From positions 154,551-218,550 of the forward strand of contig CBDFII010000005.1 in NCBI GenBank assembly GCA_965248115.1: a stretch of 64,000 nt of DNA. Reading direction: 5' to 3'. The first letter of the stretch is position 1. Each line of letters opens with the position of its first letter. Source of the stretch: Dehalococcoidia bacterium. GTDB lineage: Bacteria; Chloroflexota; Dehalococcoidia; Lucifugimonadales; CBDFII01. The position numbers were made by a program, and so were the translations under genes. Below, piece after piece: positions 18,111 through 28,042 of the stretch. Below the pieces are notes generated by a model. The model was not told the DNA's origin. It saw only the letters and a list, made by a program, of their open reading frames with translations, and ran no database searches.

Positions 18111-19778
18111 GTGAAGAGGGCCTGGAGTCTTCCAGGTGCTCTTGTTGTTCTCGCGGTCCTGGCGACAGGCTGCACAGGATCTACTGCGACTCCCACTCCC
18201 ACCGCTACGGCAACTCCCACTGCGACCCCTGCGCCCGCGGCAACACCGAATGCGACGTCTGTGCTAATACTGAGACCCACGCCCACACCCACGCCCACAC
18301 CCACGCCCACCCCCTTTCCAACTCCTACCCGAACCGCCACACCAACACCTATACCTTCACCGACTCCAACCACTACTCAGACGCCAGCCCCCAACGCTAC
18401 GCATAGCCCGACACCGACACATACCTCGACACCTGGGGTGACTCCCACCGCTACGCCAACACCTACGCCAACTTCCATTCCGACACCCACACCCGCTTCT
18501 ACATCAACACCTACTCCAACTTCCACCCCGACATCCACACCCGCTCCTACGTCAACACCTACGCCAACTTCCATCCCAACATCCACACCCTCTCCTACTC
18601 CAACACCCCCACCAACCAACACACCAACACCGACAACGCCTCCAACTGCCACGCCAGAGGCTGCACCAACCCCAAAAGCTATTGATGAAACAGGATTTCA
18701 GCTAACCCTGCCGGATGGGTTCCGCATATCACCTTTCACCCCAAACTCTCTAGGCCCTGTACGCTTTATGGCCTTTTCACCCGATGGGATTTTATTTGTT
18801 AGCATGCCAAGTGCCACAGGACTCTATTCTGCAGACCTTAGAGGAGGCAAGATTATAGCACTCCCAGACCTTGACCAAGACGGTAAAGCAGATGAGGCGC
18901 GGGCCGTACTTACAGGATTCAATAATCTTCCTCACGGTATTGGGTTTTACAACGGTTATTTATACGTGGCAGAGGAACATAGAATCTCACGATATCCATA
19001 TCTAATGGATGGCAATGTGGGTGAACAGGAGGTTATCGTAGAAAATCTACCGACGGAGCCCGGTCGGGACGACCATGTTTCTCGTACCATAGGATTTAGC
19101 TCTGCCGGGAATATGTATGTATCGGTTGGTTCTTCCTGCAATGCGTGTGTAGAGCAAGACCGACGCCGTGCTGCAATTCTAGAGTTCAATTCCGATGGAT
19201 CGAATTACCGCCTTTTTGCAGAGGGAATTCGTAACGCAGTTGGCTTTGTCTTCCACCCTGTAACAGGAGAGATATGGGCCACTGAGAATGGTCGCGATTA
19301 CCTAGGCGAAGATCTGCCGCCTGATGAGATTAATATCCTCCAAGAAGGGAATCATTACGGCTGGCCCTATTGTTATGCGGAGCAGATTCCTGATCCTGAG
19401 TTTAACAACGCCAGTTTTTGTGCCACAACCAAACCCGGCGTTCATGACATCCAAGCACACTCCGCGCCATTAGGCCTTCGGTTTATTCAGAGCACCCAGT
19501 TCCCCGAAGAGTGGGATGGCGATCTATTAGTCGCATATCACGGCTCGTGGAACAGAAAAGAACCCACTGGGTATAAAATAGTCCGACTTGACGTTGAAGG
19601 TGATGAGATTATAGGAGAGGAAGACTTTATCTCTGGCTGGCTTAAGCGAGATGGGTCAGTATTAGGTCGACCTGTTGATCTCATATTTGATTCTGATGGT
19701 GCACTGTACATTTCAGATGACAAGTCCGGATTAATTTACCGGGTAGCGAAAATACAAGTTAATTTCCCAGAGACGTAG
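18111..19778 (+). CDS. Lipoprotein with a lipobox, a ~165-aa Pro/Thr linker and a PQQ-dependent sugar (glucose/sorbosone) dehydrogenase-like beta-propeller
   Basis: The signal peptide plus lipobox is [10 protein letters not shown]. The PT-rich region spans aa 22-188. The C-terminal domain carries [27 protein letters not shown] and [10 protein letters not shown]. Confidence 0.8.
   Translation: MKRAWSLPGALVVLAVLATGCTGSTATPTPTATATPTATPAPAATPNATSVLILRPTPTPTPTPTPTPFPTPTRTATPTPIPSPTPTTTQTPAPNATHSPTPTHTSTPGVTPTATPTPTPTSIPTPTPASTSTPTPTSTPTSTPAPTSTPTPTSIPTSTPSPTPTPPPTNTPTPTTPPTATPEAAPTPKAIDETGFQLTLPDGFRISPFTPNSLGPVRFMAFSPDGILFVSMPSATGLYSADLRGGKIIALPDLDQDGKADEARAVLTGFNNLPHGIGFYNGYLYVAEEHRISRYPYLMDGNVGEQEVIVENLPTEPGRDDHVSRTIGFSSAGNMYVSVGSSCNACVEQDRRRAAILEFNSDGSNYRLFAEGIRNAVGFVFHPVTGEIWATENGRDYLGEDLPPDEINILQEGNHYGWPYCYAEQIPDPEFNNASFCATTKPGVHDIQAHSAPLGLRFIQSTQFPEEWDGDLLVAYHGSWNRKEPTGYKIVRLDVEGDEIIGEEDFISGWLKRDGSVLGRPVDLIFDSDGALYISDDKSGLIYRVAKIQVNFPET
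18174..18674 (+). repeat. Low-complexity Pro/Thr-coding region containing about 2.5 tandem 48-bp units (18483-18530, 18531-18578, partial from 18579)
   Basis: I compared the units directly. ACACCCACACCCGCTTCTACATCAACACCTACTCCAACTTCCACCCCG and ACATCCACACCCGCTCCTACGTCAACACCTACGCCAACTTCCATCCCA are aligned and near-identical. Confidence 0.8.
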
Positions 19779-19996
19779 CACGCGGTTGAAAATCGTCACT
19801 TCGTATACTAGAGTCGGAAGCTTCCTACCGCTCTTCCTGTTCAACCAGTTTGGGGACTCCGAACTTGTATTTTAGTTGAAGTTCGACTGTCCACCTTCAA
19901 AGCCACGTATCGTAAGACTGAATTCGCGGATGATTCTCCAAGGTGATATCCTAGGCACTGTCGGGACGATCTCCAGCTTTCTGTGAAAGAGTAATT

Positions 19997-20878
19997 ATGA
20001 AGATCCACTTGATTGATGGAACCTATGAGCTGTTCAGGGCCTACTATGCCATGCCTTCAATCTACGCACCGGATGGTCGCCCGGTTGGGGCGGTAAGAGG
20101 CCTCATTCAGACGATATTGTCTCTACTGCGGCAAGAAGACGTCAGCCACTTGGGATGTGCCTTCGATCATGTCATTGAGTGCTTCAGAAACAAATTGTTT
20201 GCCGGATATAAGACCGGGGCGGGAATTCCAGCCGACCTGTTAGTCCAGTTTGATATGGCGGAGCGGGCGATTTTGTCTCTGGGCGTAGTCGTGTGGCCAA
20301 TGGTGGAATATGAAGCTGATGATGCTATCGCCACCGCCGCCTTCAGGTGGCAGGATAATCCACAGGTGGACCAGGTCGTTATATGTTCTCCGGATAAAGA
20401 CCTTACTCAGATGGTGCGGGGACAACACGTGGTGTGTCTGGACCGTAGAAAAAACGTGACTTATGACGAGGCTGGTGTACGGGAAAAGTTCGGAGTTTCG
20501 CCAGAGTCCATAACCGACTACCTTGGGTTGGTCGGGGATTCGGCCGACGGGATTCCCGGTATCCCAAGATGGGGGGCTAAGACCACTGCCAGTATATTGA
20601 GCCGCTACAACCACATCGAGGCCATTCCCTATGACCCATCTGAGTGGCAAGTGAAGTTGCGGGGCGCTGAAGAGATAGCATCCAGCCTAGCTGCACACCG
20701 TGAGGAAGCTCTGTTATATCGAGAGTTGGCGACCCTAAGGGTGGATGTGGAGTTGCCCGAGACGTTAGATAAGCTGAAATGGAATGGAGTCAGACGAAAC
20801 GACTTTCAGGAGTTGTGCGTTGAGTTTGGTTTTTCGACGCTATCCGTACGCCCTCACGAGTGGAGCGTCGATTCTTGA
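19997..20878 (+). CDS. 5'-3' exonuclease (FEN / Pol I N-terminal-domain family)
   Basis: The motifs MKIHLIDGTYELFRAYYA, EYEADDAIAT, SPDKDL.Q and GDSADGIPGIP are present. Confidence 0.85.
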   Translation: MKIHLIDGTYELFRAYYAMPSIYAPDGRPVGAVRGLIQTILSLLRQEDVSHLGCAFDHVIECFRNKLFAGYKTGAGIPADLLVQFDMAERAILSLGVVVWPMVEYEADDAIATAAFRWQDNPQVDQVVICSPDKDLTQMVRGQHVVCLDRRKNVTYDEAGVREKFGVSPESITDYLGLVGDSADGIPGIPRWGAKTTASILSRYNHIEAIPYDPSEWQVKLRGAEEIASSLAAHREEALLYRELATLRVDVELPETLDKLKWNGVRRNDFQELCVEFGFSTLSVRPHEWSVDS

Positions 20879-21131
20879 ACTGGTCGATTTACATTAGCTA
20901 GCAACTCTGCTGTGCCCTTGGTCCTGATTCTATCCCAGGACGCCACTATCAGAATAGCCAGCCCGTGTTTCACGTGTAGATCAACTCTCCCCTGTCTCTA
21001 CAGTTCGGAAGTAACAACGTTTGCCTGTCGGGGCTTAGCTTGGTCAGCCTGGGGAGTATTCCTTATCGTTCGGGTTGGTTAGCCTGGGGGCATCACTCAT
21101 ACCCTTGACCGTGACGCTAAATGCGCGTCGG

Positions 21132-22148
21132 TCATGCCCTCAGATTATAGAAGCGCAGAGCGTTGTCGTGAAGCCACTTCCGCTTGGTGCTCTCCGAGAG
21201 GTCTTCCCGTGCCTGGATCGTACTGACGGTGCGGGGCCAGTCAGCATCCCAGTGGGGGTAGTCGCTGGCAAATAGGAGACAATCGTCGCCGGTGGTGCGG
21301 ATAGCGTCGGACACAGTCTTTTCCCCGCATTCCGCCCCGAAGTAGCACCGTCCACTCAGTATGTATTCGCTGGGTTTGGCCTTGAGCCATGGTGCCTCCT
21401 GGTCACCCCGCTTTTCAATCTCCTCGTCCAGCCGATCCATCATGTACGGCACCCAGCCGATGCCGGACTCTAGGAATGCGAGGCGTAACCGAGGAAAGCG
21501 CTCCAGCACCCCGCCGACTACGGCACTGCACACCGATATCATCTGCTCCAAGGGATGATCGATAGTGTGAATGTTGATGAAGTTGTCAAAACGCGCATTT
21601 CCAACTGAGAACGGACCCGTAGTGGCGTGGTAGCTCAGTCCTACATCGAGGGCCTGAGCCTCCCCATAGATGGGATCGTAGTAGGAATTGCTCCAGTCGG
21701 GCCGCTGGGGGATGTAACTGGGCAGCATCGCCCCCACCGCTCCCAGTTCGGTCACCGCCCGCTTAAGCTCTCCCGCTGCCCCATCCACGTCCTGGGGTGC
21801 AATCAACGCCACGAACTTCAGGCGTTCGGGGTTGGGCTGGCAAAAGTTGTGTAGCCAGCTATTATAAGCCCCGGTCAGAGCAGTGGCGAATTCTGTTTCG
21901 CGGACCCCCCCAATCCTCAAGTAGTTGGTGGGATACATCACCATCACCTCTATCCCATCTTGATCCATGGCCGCCAATTGGTCCTGGGGACCTTCCGGAT
22001 TCTGCCCCAGCCTTCCCCCCAGATTACGATCCCAAAAATCGTATTCGGCCAACCTTCGCTGCTGCCAGCGTGGCTCCAGGTATTTTCGGATGCCCTCCAA
22101 GGATTCCAAAACATGTCCATCGGCATCGATGACGGAGTAATCAGCCAT
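21132..22148 (-). CDS. Amidohydrolase-2 (ACMSD-like) family metal-dependent hydrolase/decarboxylase
   Basis: The N-terminal VIDADGHVLE and C-terminal LFASDYPHWD motifs are present. Confidence 0.85.
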   Translation of the reverse strand: MADYSVIDADGHVLESLEGIRKYLEPRWQQRRLAEYDFWDRNLGGRLGQNPEGPQDQLAAMDQDGIEVMVMYPTNYLRIGGVRETEFATALTGAYNSWLHNFCQPNPERLKFVALIAPQDVDGAAGELKRAVTELGAVGAMLPSYIPQRPDWSNSYYDPIYGEAQALDVGLSYHATTGPFSVGNARFDNFINIHTIDHPLEQMISVCSAVVGGVLERFPRLRLAFLESGIGWVPYMMDRLDEEIEKRGDQEAPWLKAKPSEYILSGRCYFGAECGEKTVSDAIRTTGDDCLLFASDYPHWDADWPRTVSTIQAREDLSESTKRKWLHDNALRFYNLRA

Positions 22149-22379
22149 TGTCGGAGCCTCCTTTTACACTCGGAAATTATCTTCAGGATACTTCAACATC
22201 AGAGTGCCTCAACCAAGACCGCTACCATATGGAGTGGGGCCCACGATTCCGACAGCTTGAGGAGAGGACTAGGGGTGTCTACGCTTTGTTCAATACGAAC
22301 TACGGTAATCAGGGACCAATAAACGTCACTTACTCCTGGGCCTCTTGGGATGATTAGCGACAGCGTTGGTCAACATTAG

Positions 22380-23189
22380 TTATGTTCGCCTGAGTGCGAC
22401 GCCTCCTGGGCTCATGATCTCACCAGTAAGATGATTGGATGCTGCCGATACCAGGAAGAGGGCGATGGGTACATACCGCTCTGGCTCAACCCTACCCCCG
22501 GTGACAGGAGGCCAGTTCGGTTTAGCAGGCGGGGAATCGGGCAAGTCCCGGCCCTTGCTGCGCTGGAGCGCCCACCGTAGTTCAGAGCCAGGGGTCCTCA
22601 TGCCACTTACTGCCATGCAGTTCACCCATATTCCTCTATCTCCCCACTCTATCGCTAACGTCCTAGTTAAAATGTGTAACGCCGATTTAGCCACATTGTA
22701 GGGTACGATGCCCGCGTTAGGGTGAAAACCAGAACCAGAGCTTATGTTGAGAATCTTGCCTTTCCCTTGCTCCAGCATGACCTTGGCGACGGCCTGGCTG
22801 CACAGGAATGTGCTTTTCAAATTCGCGTTGATACTACGGTCCCACTCATCCTCAGGCCACTCCTCCGCCGGATAAAAATTGTCCGACGCCCCGACATTGT
22901 TCACCAGGATATCGATCTTTCCAAACTCATCGGAGGCCTTTTGTACCGCTGCATCCACCTGTCCCTTGACGGTGACATCACACTGGATAGGAAGGCATCG
23001 CCTTCCCTGCTCTCGGACTAGCGCAGCAGTCTCTTCCAACTTGTCAATCGATCGAGCCACGGTAACGATATCTGCCCCCGCCTCGGCGAACCCTACACAG
23101 ATTGCCCGGCCAAGACCTTGCCCTCCTCCTGTAACAAACGCCACTTGGTCAGTCAAAGCGAACAGGTCAAATATGCCGCTTTTGGCCAT
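22380..23189 (-). CDS. SDR-family oxidoreductase
   Basis: The motifs VAFVTGGGQGLGRAI, NNVG and Y..AK are present. Confidence 0.85.
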   Translation of the reverse strand: MAKSGIFDLFALTDQVAFVTGGGQGLGRAICVGFAEAGADIVTVARSIDKLEETAALVREQGRRCLPIQCDVTVKGQVDAAVQKASDEFGKIDILVNNVGASDNFYPAEEWPEDEWDRSINANLKSTFLCSQAVAKVMLEQGKGKILNISSGSGFHPNAGIVPYNVAKSALHILTRTLAIEWGDRGIWVNCMAVSGMRTPGSELRWALQRSKGRDLPDSPPAKPNWPPVTGGRVEPERYVPIALFLVSAASNHLTGEIMSPGGVALRRT

Positions 23190-23413
23190 TTATACCTCCC
23201 GGGATCAAAGCTGCAGTTGACGGCTAACTAGGAGTTGGTGTTTTCAGTTTACATGAATCCCTACGCCCATTCCAGGCTCGATTTAGGCCCTGAAGTCCTT
23301 CGTAGAATCGATTCGAGGAGTACTTTATGGGCGTTCGCTGATTGTAGATGAAATTATCAAGGAGCACCAGTACTATAATAGGCGGTGCTTGTTGATGAAG
23401 AACTTAAAACACT

Positions 23414-24643
23414 ATGGAGGGGAAAGTGAGTATTTCAGAGGACTTAGCGACTATAGCCGACTTCGAGGCCCACGCCAGGCAGGAGTCCCTGCCTATGGTG
23501 CTCTTCGACCGTCTGTTTGGCAGCTACGGCGATACTGGATGGGTTACCAATACCACCAACTTGACGGCATTCGAGGCTATAAAGCTCCGGCCCCGCGTCA
23601 TGGTGGATGTAAGCCACCGGGACCTGTCAACGGAGGTACTGGGACACAAGATCAGCTTCCCCGTAATTTGCTCCCCCGCCGGGCCTCAGCAACGGGCTCA
23701 CCCTGACGGTGAGCTGGCGACTGCCCGAGCTGCAGGGGCTACTGGGACCATCATGGGGATCAGCACCCTCTCCAGCTACAGCATCGAAGAGGTATCCCAG
23801 GTGGCCTCAGGGCCTATCTGGTTCCAGCTCTACTTCCTTAAGGACCAAGAATTAACAAAAAATCTGGTACAGCGCGCTGAGAAAGCTGGATATGCCGCTC
23901 TTGTGCTCACTGTGGACACTAAGCTGGAGGCCGGCCTTCCCGGGAGGGCTGGTTCAAAGGATCAAAAGTATCGCTATGACTACGCCCTTGAACCCGGCAG
24001 GAATGTGAAGAATTTCGACGGCATCGACCTACCCAACATCCCTACCATAGACAACTTCATGGAGAGCCGAGAGCCAGCCTTGAACTGGTCCCATCTGGAG
24101 TGGTTGAGATCCATCACGTCCATGCCATTAATCATCAAAGGGATCCAGACGGCTGAGGACGCATTGCTGTGCGTCGAGCATGGTGTAGACGGCCTCGTTG
24201 TCTCTAACCATGGCGGCTTTGCCCTTCAAGGCACTTTGGGCACCATCGACATGCTACCGGAGGTAGTGAATGTGGTAGAAGAGCGTTTAGAGGTATACCT
24301 GGACGGTGGCATTCGAAGAGGCAGTGATGTGCTAAAGGCGCTGGCCCTCGGAGCAAAAGCAGTTCTAATAGGTAGGGCCGTCTTCTGGGGGCTGGCAGTG
24401 GAGGGTGAAGTAGGAGTAACGAGGGTGCTGGATATATTGCGCGATGAACTGAAGGTGGCCATGGGCCTATGCGGCGTGCCAGGGGTGAGAGATGCTAGTC
24501 GGAGCTTGGTGACATTACCCAATGACAGAAGGCGCACAGGCGATGTGGTAAGCGAATTAGAGAGACTGGCCGGGCTCGTGGAAAGGGGTTATTTGACTCG
24601 AGAGGAATTTGAAACCCTGAAGTTAAATCTGCTAACGCCGTAG
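23414..24643 (+). CDS. FMN-dependent alpha-hydroxy-acid dehydrogenase/oxidase with a C-terminal SHOCT-like tail
   Basis: The motifs PIWFQLY, LVLTVDT, SNHGG and DGGIRRGSDVLKALALGA are present. The tail is VSELERLAGLVERGYLTREEFETLKLNLL. Confidence 0.85.
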   Translation: MEGKVSISEDLATIADFEAHARQESLPMVLFDRLFGSYGDTGWVTNTTNLTAFEAIKLRPRVMVDVSHRDLSTEVLGHKISFPVICSPAGPQQRAHPDGELATARAAGATGTIMGISTLSSYSIEEVSQVASGPIWFQLYFLKDQELTKNLVQRAEKAGYAALVLTVDTKLEAGLPGRAGSKDQKYRYDYALEPGRNVKNFDGIDLPNIPTIDNFMESREPALNWSHLEWLRSITSMPLIIKGIQTAEDALLCVEHGVDGLVVSNHGGFALQGTLGTIDMLPEVVNVVEERLEVYLDGGIRRGSDVLKALALGAKAVLIGRAVFWGLAVEGEVGVTRVLDILRDELKVAMGLCGVPGVRDASRSLVTLPNDRRRTGDVVSELERLAGLVERGYLTREEFETLKLNLLTP

Positions 24644-24684
24644 CGAAGTTTCGACCCTGCTACTTTACCAGGGAAGATCCACCG

Positions 24685-27012
24685 CTAGAGCGCCTGTTCC
24701 TTGCCCTTGATCCCCGCCAAGACCTTCTCCGCCGAGATAGGTAGGTCGGTGATTCGTACGCCCGCAGCATCGGCCACCGCGTTGGCGATGGCTGCGGCTA
24801 CCGGGCAGTTGCTGATCTCGCCGATGCCCTTGCCCTGGTAGGGTGTTGGGCCAGCAGGCTCCTCCAGAAGAACAACGGTCAGCTCGGGGATGTCCACCAC
24901 AGTCGGAATTTTGTAGTCCCCAAAGTGGCTTGTGGTCACCTGGCCCTCCTCCACCTTCATCTCCTCCATTAGAGTAAAGCCCAGGCCATGTGCTATTCCA
25001 CCTTCGATTTGACCACGGTGGGTCAACGGGTTGAGAACCGCACCCACATCGTGGACAGACACGAATCGTCGTACAACTACTTGTCCTGTCTCCGGGTCCA
25101 CCTCCACTTCGGCGACCTGGGCGCAAAAGGATGTAATCTCCGTGGGCCCTTCAGGGATGTATATCACTTGGGCCGAAGCAGGGTTCCCGGACTTTGCTGC
25201 TGCGGTGGCTACCTCAGAGAGAAGGAGGCTTCTCCTACTCTCTCTAGTGTCGGTGAATCGTCCGTTCTCAAGTCGGATCAACTCCGATGGAGTGCCCAGG
25301 AGCTCCGCTGCCACATCTATGAGAAGCTGGCGCATCTGCTGAGAGGCTTGCAATGTAGCCTGACCTGCGGCATGCGTTATCCGGCTCGCGGCGACTCCAT
25401 AGTCGAAGGGGCCAGAGTCGGTGTCAGTGATGGTCACGTTGATGGCACTCAAAGGCAAAGTGAGTTCCTCGGCAATGATCTGCCGCAGAACGGTATGGGT
25501 TCCGGTACCTACGTCGAAGGTAGTACTGCGCAAGGTCACAGTTCCATCGGACTGAGCTATGACAGTTGCACTGCTCTCGCGACCCCCCGTGGGCCGGTCA
25601 TACAAGGCTATGCCCCTGCCCACCCATTTCTCTTGCTTAGGGCTGCCCCAACCTATTGTCTTGGCAGCGGCATCCAAGGTCTCCAGAGCCCGCACCTTGC
25701 TAAGCGTCTCCCCCGCTGCCGTTGTATCGCCCTCCTGCAGGGCATTGCGTCGCCGCAATTCCAGGGGATCAATGCCCAACTCCTGGGCAATCATGTCCAT
25801 GTGGGATTCCACAGCAAATACCGCCTGGGCCGCTCCCGGGCCTCGCATGTAGCCGCATGGAATAGTATTTGTGTAAACGATGTCAGCTTCGATATGTACA
25901 TGAGGAATACGGTAAGACCCTTCCAAGCGGGAGGTCCCTGGCAAGTTCACATCCGGACTTGGTTTAAAGGCCCCATAGGCACCACTGTTGAACATTGCCC
26001 TTGCTTCCCAGGCCACGATCGTTCCATCCCTCTTAACACCTGATCGGATGGTGATCACACCGGGATGACGTGGGTTTCCCGCTATGAGCTCTTCCGAATA
26101 GGTCATAACCATTTTCACTGGGCGCCCCGTAGTCTTGGCAAGGAAATAAGCTAGCGGCACATCCATGGAGTCTCCCTTGCCACCAAAGTCACCGCCTATG
26201 TAGCTGGCATTGATACATATCTGGTCTGGGTCTAGACCGACGACGGCGGCAGTCTGATTTCTCAGGGGAAAGGGGGCCTTGCTATTCACCCAAACCTGTA
26301 CACGGCCCACATCGTCGATCTGGACCAAGCAGGCATGGGGCTCCAGGTAGGCTTGGTGAGACCGTGGAGTAGTGAAGGTGTGCTCAAACACCAGGTCGGC
26401 CTCGGCAAATCCTTGCTGCACGTCTCCCTTGGTCCAGATATTGTGAATGAAACGGTTGGTAGGTTCCACGACGGGCTCTGGGAGACCCTGGTAACTGTTG
26501 ATATTGTCATGGAGTATAGGAGCACCCGGCTGCATCGCCTCTAGGGGATCAAATACGGCGGGGATCTCTTCGTACTCCACTTCGATAAACGTCAAGGCCT
26601 CCTCTGCGACGTCTTGGTCCTCGGCAGTCACAGCGGCCACCCTCTCACCGATGAACCTGACCTTGTCCCGGGCCAGGACGGGCATATCGAACAACCGACG
26701 TCCCACTCGCCGGTCGGGCAGGTCATCACCAGTTAGGACAGCATGCACCCCTGGCATGCGCCGTGCTCGAGAAGCGTCAATACGTGTGATTCGAGCGTGG
26801 GGTAAGGGACTTCTCAGGGCCTTCCCCCAAAGTGTTCCGGGAATCAGCACGTCCGCCGGGTAACGAGCCTGGCCAGACACCTTTAAGGGACCATCAGCCA
26901 GCGGGACGGGCTTTCCAATGGTCTTGTAATTGCTCAAAGATAGCTCCCGTTCAGCGCCCAGGGGATGCAGCCTGTTGACTAGTGCTCTAATTTGAGGATG
27001 AAGAAGCGGCAC
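24685..27012 (-). CDS. Xanthine dehydrogenase/aldehyde oxidase-family molybdopterin-binding large subunit
   Basis: The 775-aa ORF begins with GKPVPLADGPLKVSGQARYPADV and carries GGDFGGKG and GAAQ..FA.ES motifs. No adjacent 2Fe-2S or FAD subunit genes are present. Confidence 0.9.
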   Translation of the reverse strand: MPLLHPQIRALVNRLHPLGAERELSLSNYKTIGKPVPLADGPLKVSGQARYPADVLIPGTLWGKALRSPLPHARITRIDASRARRMPGVHAVLTGDDLPDRRVGRRLFDMPVLARDKVRFIGERVAAVTAEDQDVAEEALTFIEVEYEEIPAVFDPLEAMQPGAPILHDNINSYQGLPEPVVEPTNRFIHNIWTKGDVQQGFAEADLVFEHTFTTPRSHQAYLEPHACLVQIDDVGRVQVWVNSKAPFPLRNQTAAVVGLDPDQICINASYIGGDFGGKGDSMDVPLAYFLAKTTGRPVKMVMTYSEELIAGNPRHPGVITIRSGVKRDGTIVAWEARAMFNSGAYGAFKPSPDVNLPGTSRLEGSYRIPHVHIEADIVYTNTIPCGYMRGPGAAQAVFAVESHMDMIAQELGIDPLELRRRNALQEGDTTAAGETLSKVRALETLDAAAKTIGWGSPKQEKWVGRGIALYDRPTGGRESSATVIAQSDGTVTLRSTTFDVGTGTHTVLRQIIAEELTLPLSAINVTITDTDSGPFDYGVAASRITHAAGQATLQASQQMRQLLIDVAAELLGTPSELIRLENGRFTDTRESRRSLLLSEVATAAAKSGNPASAQVIYIPEGPTEITSFCAQVAEVEVDPETGQVVVRRFVSVHDVGAVLNPLTHRGQIEGGIAHGLGFTLMEEMKVEEGQVTTSHFGDYKIPTVVDIPELTVVLLEEPAGPTPYQGKGIGEISNCPVAAAIANAVADAAGVRITDLPISAEKVLAGIKGKEQAL

Positions 27013-27415
27013 CCAAAAGGAAAGAACCTAACCCAAGTAAATCTCACGGTAGCAGCTTAAGTTGCAGTCCCATCGGTGTCAATTGCATACTGGTCGCGCT
27101 CTTTCTAACGTGCTGTAACCAATTTCGCTTTCGCCCTTAGCAGGACCGTTGACCTGATTGCTCTTCGACGATAGGCCAACTTCATAATATTAATCAGGCT
27201 AAAGACCGAGCGAATAGGATAAGGATGGTGCAGCTCCATCTCAGGCTGTTGCATGGTAGTTGTCGGATTCTTGCTTGAGGTGTATCGGCGTCTAAATCGA
27301 TTACATCACCTACTTTCGTTTCAGTCGTACCATTGGTACAATCCTGATGTCCTGAAAAGGTAACTATTACCAGGCTGATTTGTTAGATCCTTTTGCTCAG
27401 CATAAAGGAGAGGTC

Positions 27416-27847
27416 ATGAGGCCGCGCCTAATTCTCGGACTGCTGGCGCTACTAGCTGCTATTGGTATAGCCTGTACCCAGTCTAACGCTACTCCTACAT
27501 TGACATCCTCAGCAGCTTCCACTCAAGAGGTGGAAGAAAATACATTAGCTAATTTCGAAGATATCCTGGTTCGCGCATGGACCGGCACTTCCAAGAGCCA
27601 CTCTGCCAGTCTTGTCGTAGAGACCAAGACCAGTGTTGTTTGTACGTGGGCCTATGAACCCACAATGGACTACGGCCACGTAACCACTCACACAGATGCA
27701 ACCATGTCTATGCCCCATATGATCCACAGCGTGGAGCTGACAGGTCTAAAGCCGGACACCCTTTACCATTACAGGTTTTTTGCCGTAGGCGAGAACGGGA
27801 GTCTCTTCCGTAGTGGGGACTTCACCTTTCGGACATTACTTGAGTGA
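27416..27847 (+). CDS. Small lipoprotein with an FN3 / purple-acid-phosphatase-N-like domain
   Basis: An RBS (AAAGGAGAGG) precedes the start. The signal plus lipobox is LLALLAAIGIAC. The motif LTGLKPDTLYHYRF is typical of FN3/PAP-N domains. Confidence 0.55.
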   Translation: MRPRLILGLLALLAAIGIACTQSNATPTLTSSAASTQEVEENTLANFEDILVRAWTGTSKSHSASLVVETKTSVVCTWAYEPTMDYGHVTTHTDATMSMPHMIHSVELTGLKPDTLYHYRFFAVGENGSLFRSGDFTFRTLLE

Positions 27848-27983
27848 AGAGACCATCGCACGGGAAACGGAATTCCATCACCTATAGTTTCAGATAGAGA
27901 TTGCCCAAATCCGCTCCCTCAAGTTCGATCGTATCAAATCCCCATCTCCAACGTCGAGGGGGCATTCGGTAGGTTACTTAAAC

Positions 27984-28011
27984 CAACCCCCCGAACTAAG
28001 TCGGGGGGTTG
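27984..28011. terminator. Hairpin between convergent genes (possible bidirectional terminator)
   Basis: A perfect 11-bp stem CAACCCCCCGA/TCGGGGGGTTG with a 6-nt loop is present. A weak T-tract is seen only on the minus strand. Confidence 0.45.
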
Positions 28012-28042
28012 ATACATTCGCGAATGTGTGCTGGGAATTACT

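Noticed and set aside
17840-18652. Two long minus-strand ORFs rich in Gly/Val (GVGVGVG...).
   Set aside because: They are the reverse-complement reading of the Pro/Thr-coding repeat (ACNCCN) of the plus-strand lipoprotein gene. They have no independent start context and are low complexity only.
20915-20945. A possible attR-like partial repeat of the tRNA-Met 3' end (CCTGATTCTATCCCAGGACGCC against TCGAATCCTATCCTTGGCACCA).
   Set aside because: It has only about 13 of 22 matches and needs a gap, so it is indistinguishable from chance. It cannot define an island boundary.
24988-26043. A 351-aa plus-strand ORF inside the molybdenum-hydroxylase gene.
   Set aside because: It is antisense to a well-supported 775-aa gene. 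Its composition is Arg/Ser/Gly/Cys-rich, as is typical for open antisense frames in GC-rich DNA, and it has no recognisable motifs.
27013-27379. A 370-nt non-coding region, checked for a riboswitch, small RNA or repeats.
   Set aside because: I found no recognisable riboswitch core, no strong conserved hairpin and no repeats. There is only a plausible extended -10 (TGGTACAAT, 27334-27342) for the downstream lipoprotein gene, which is too weak to report as a feature.
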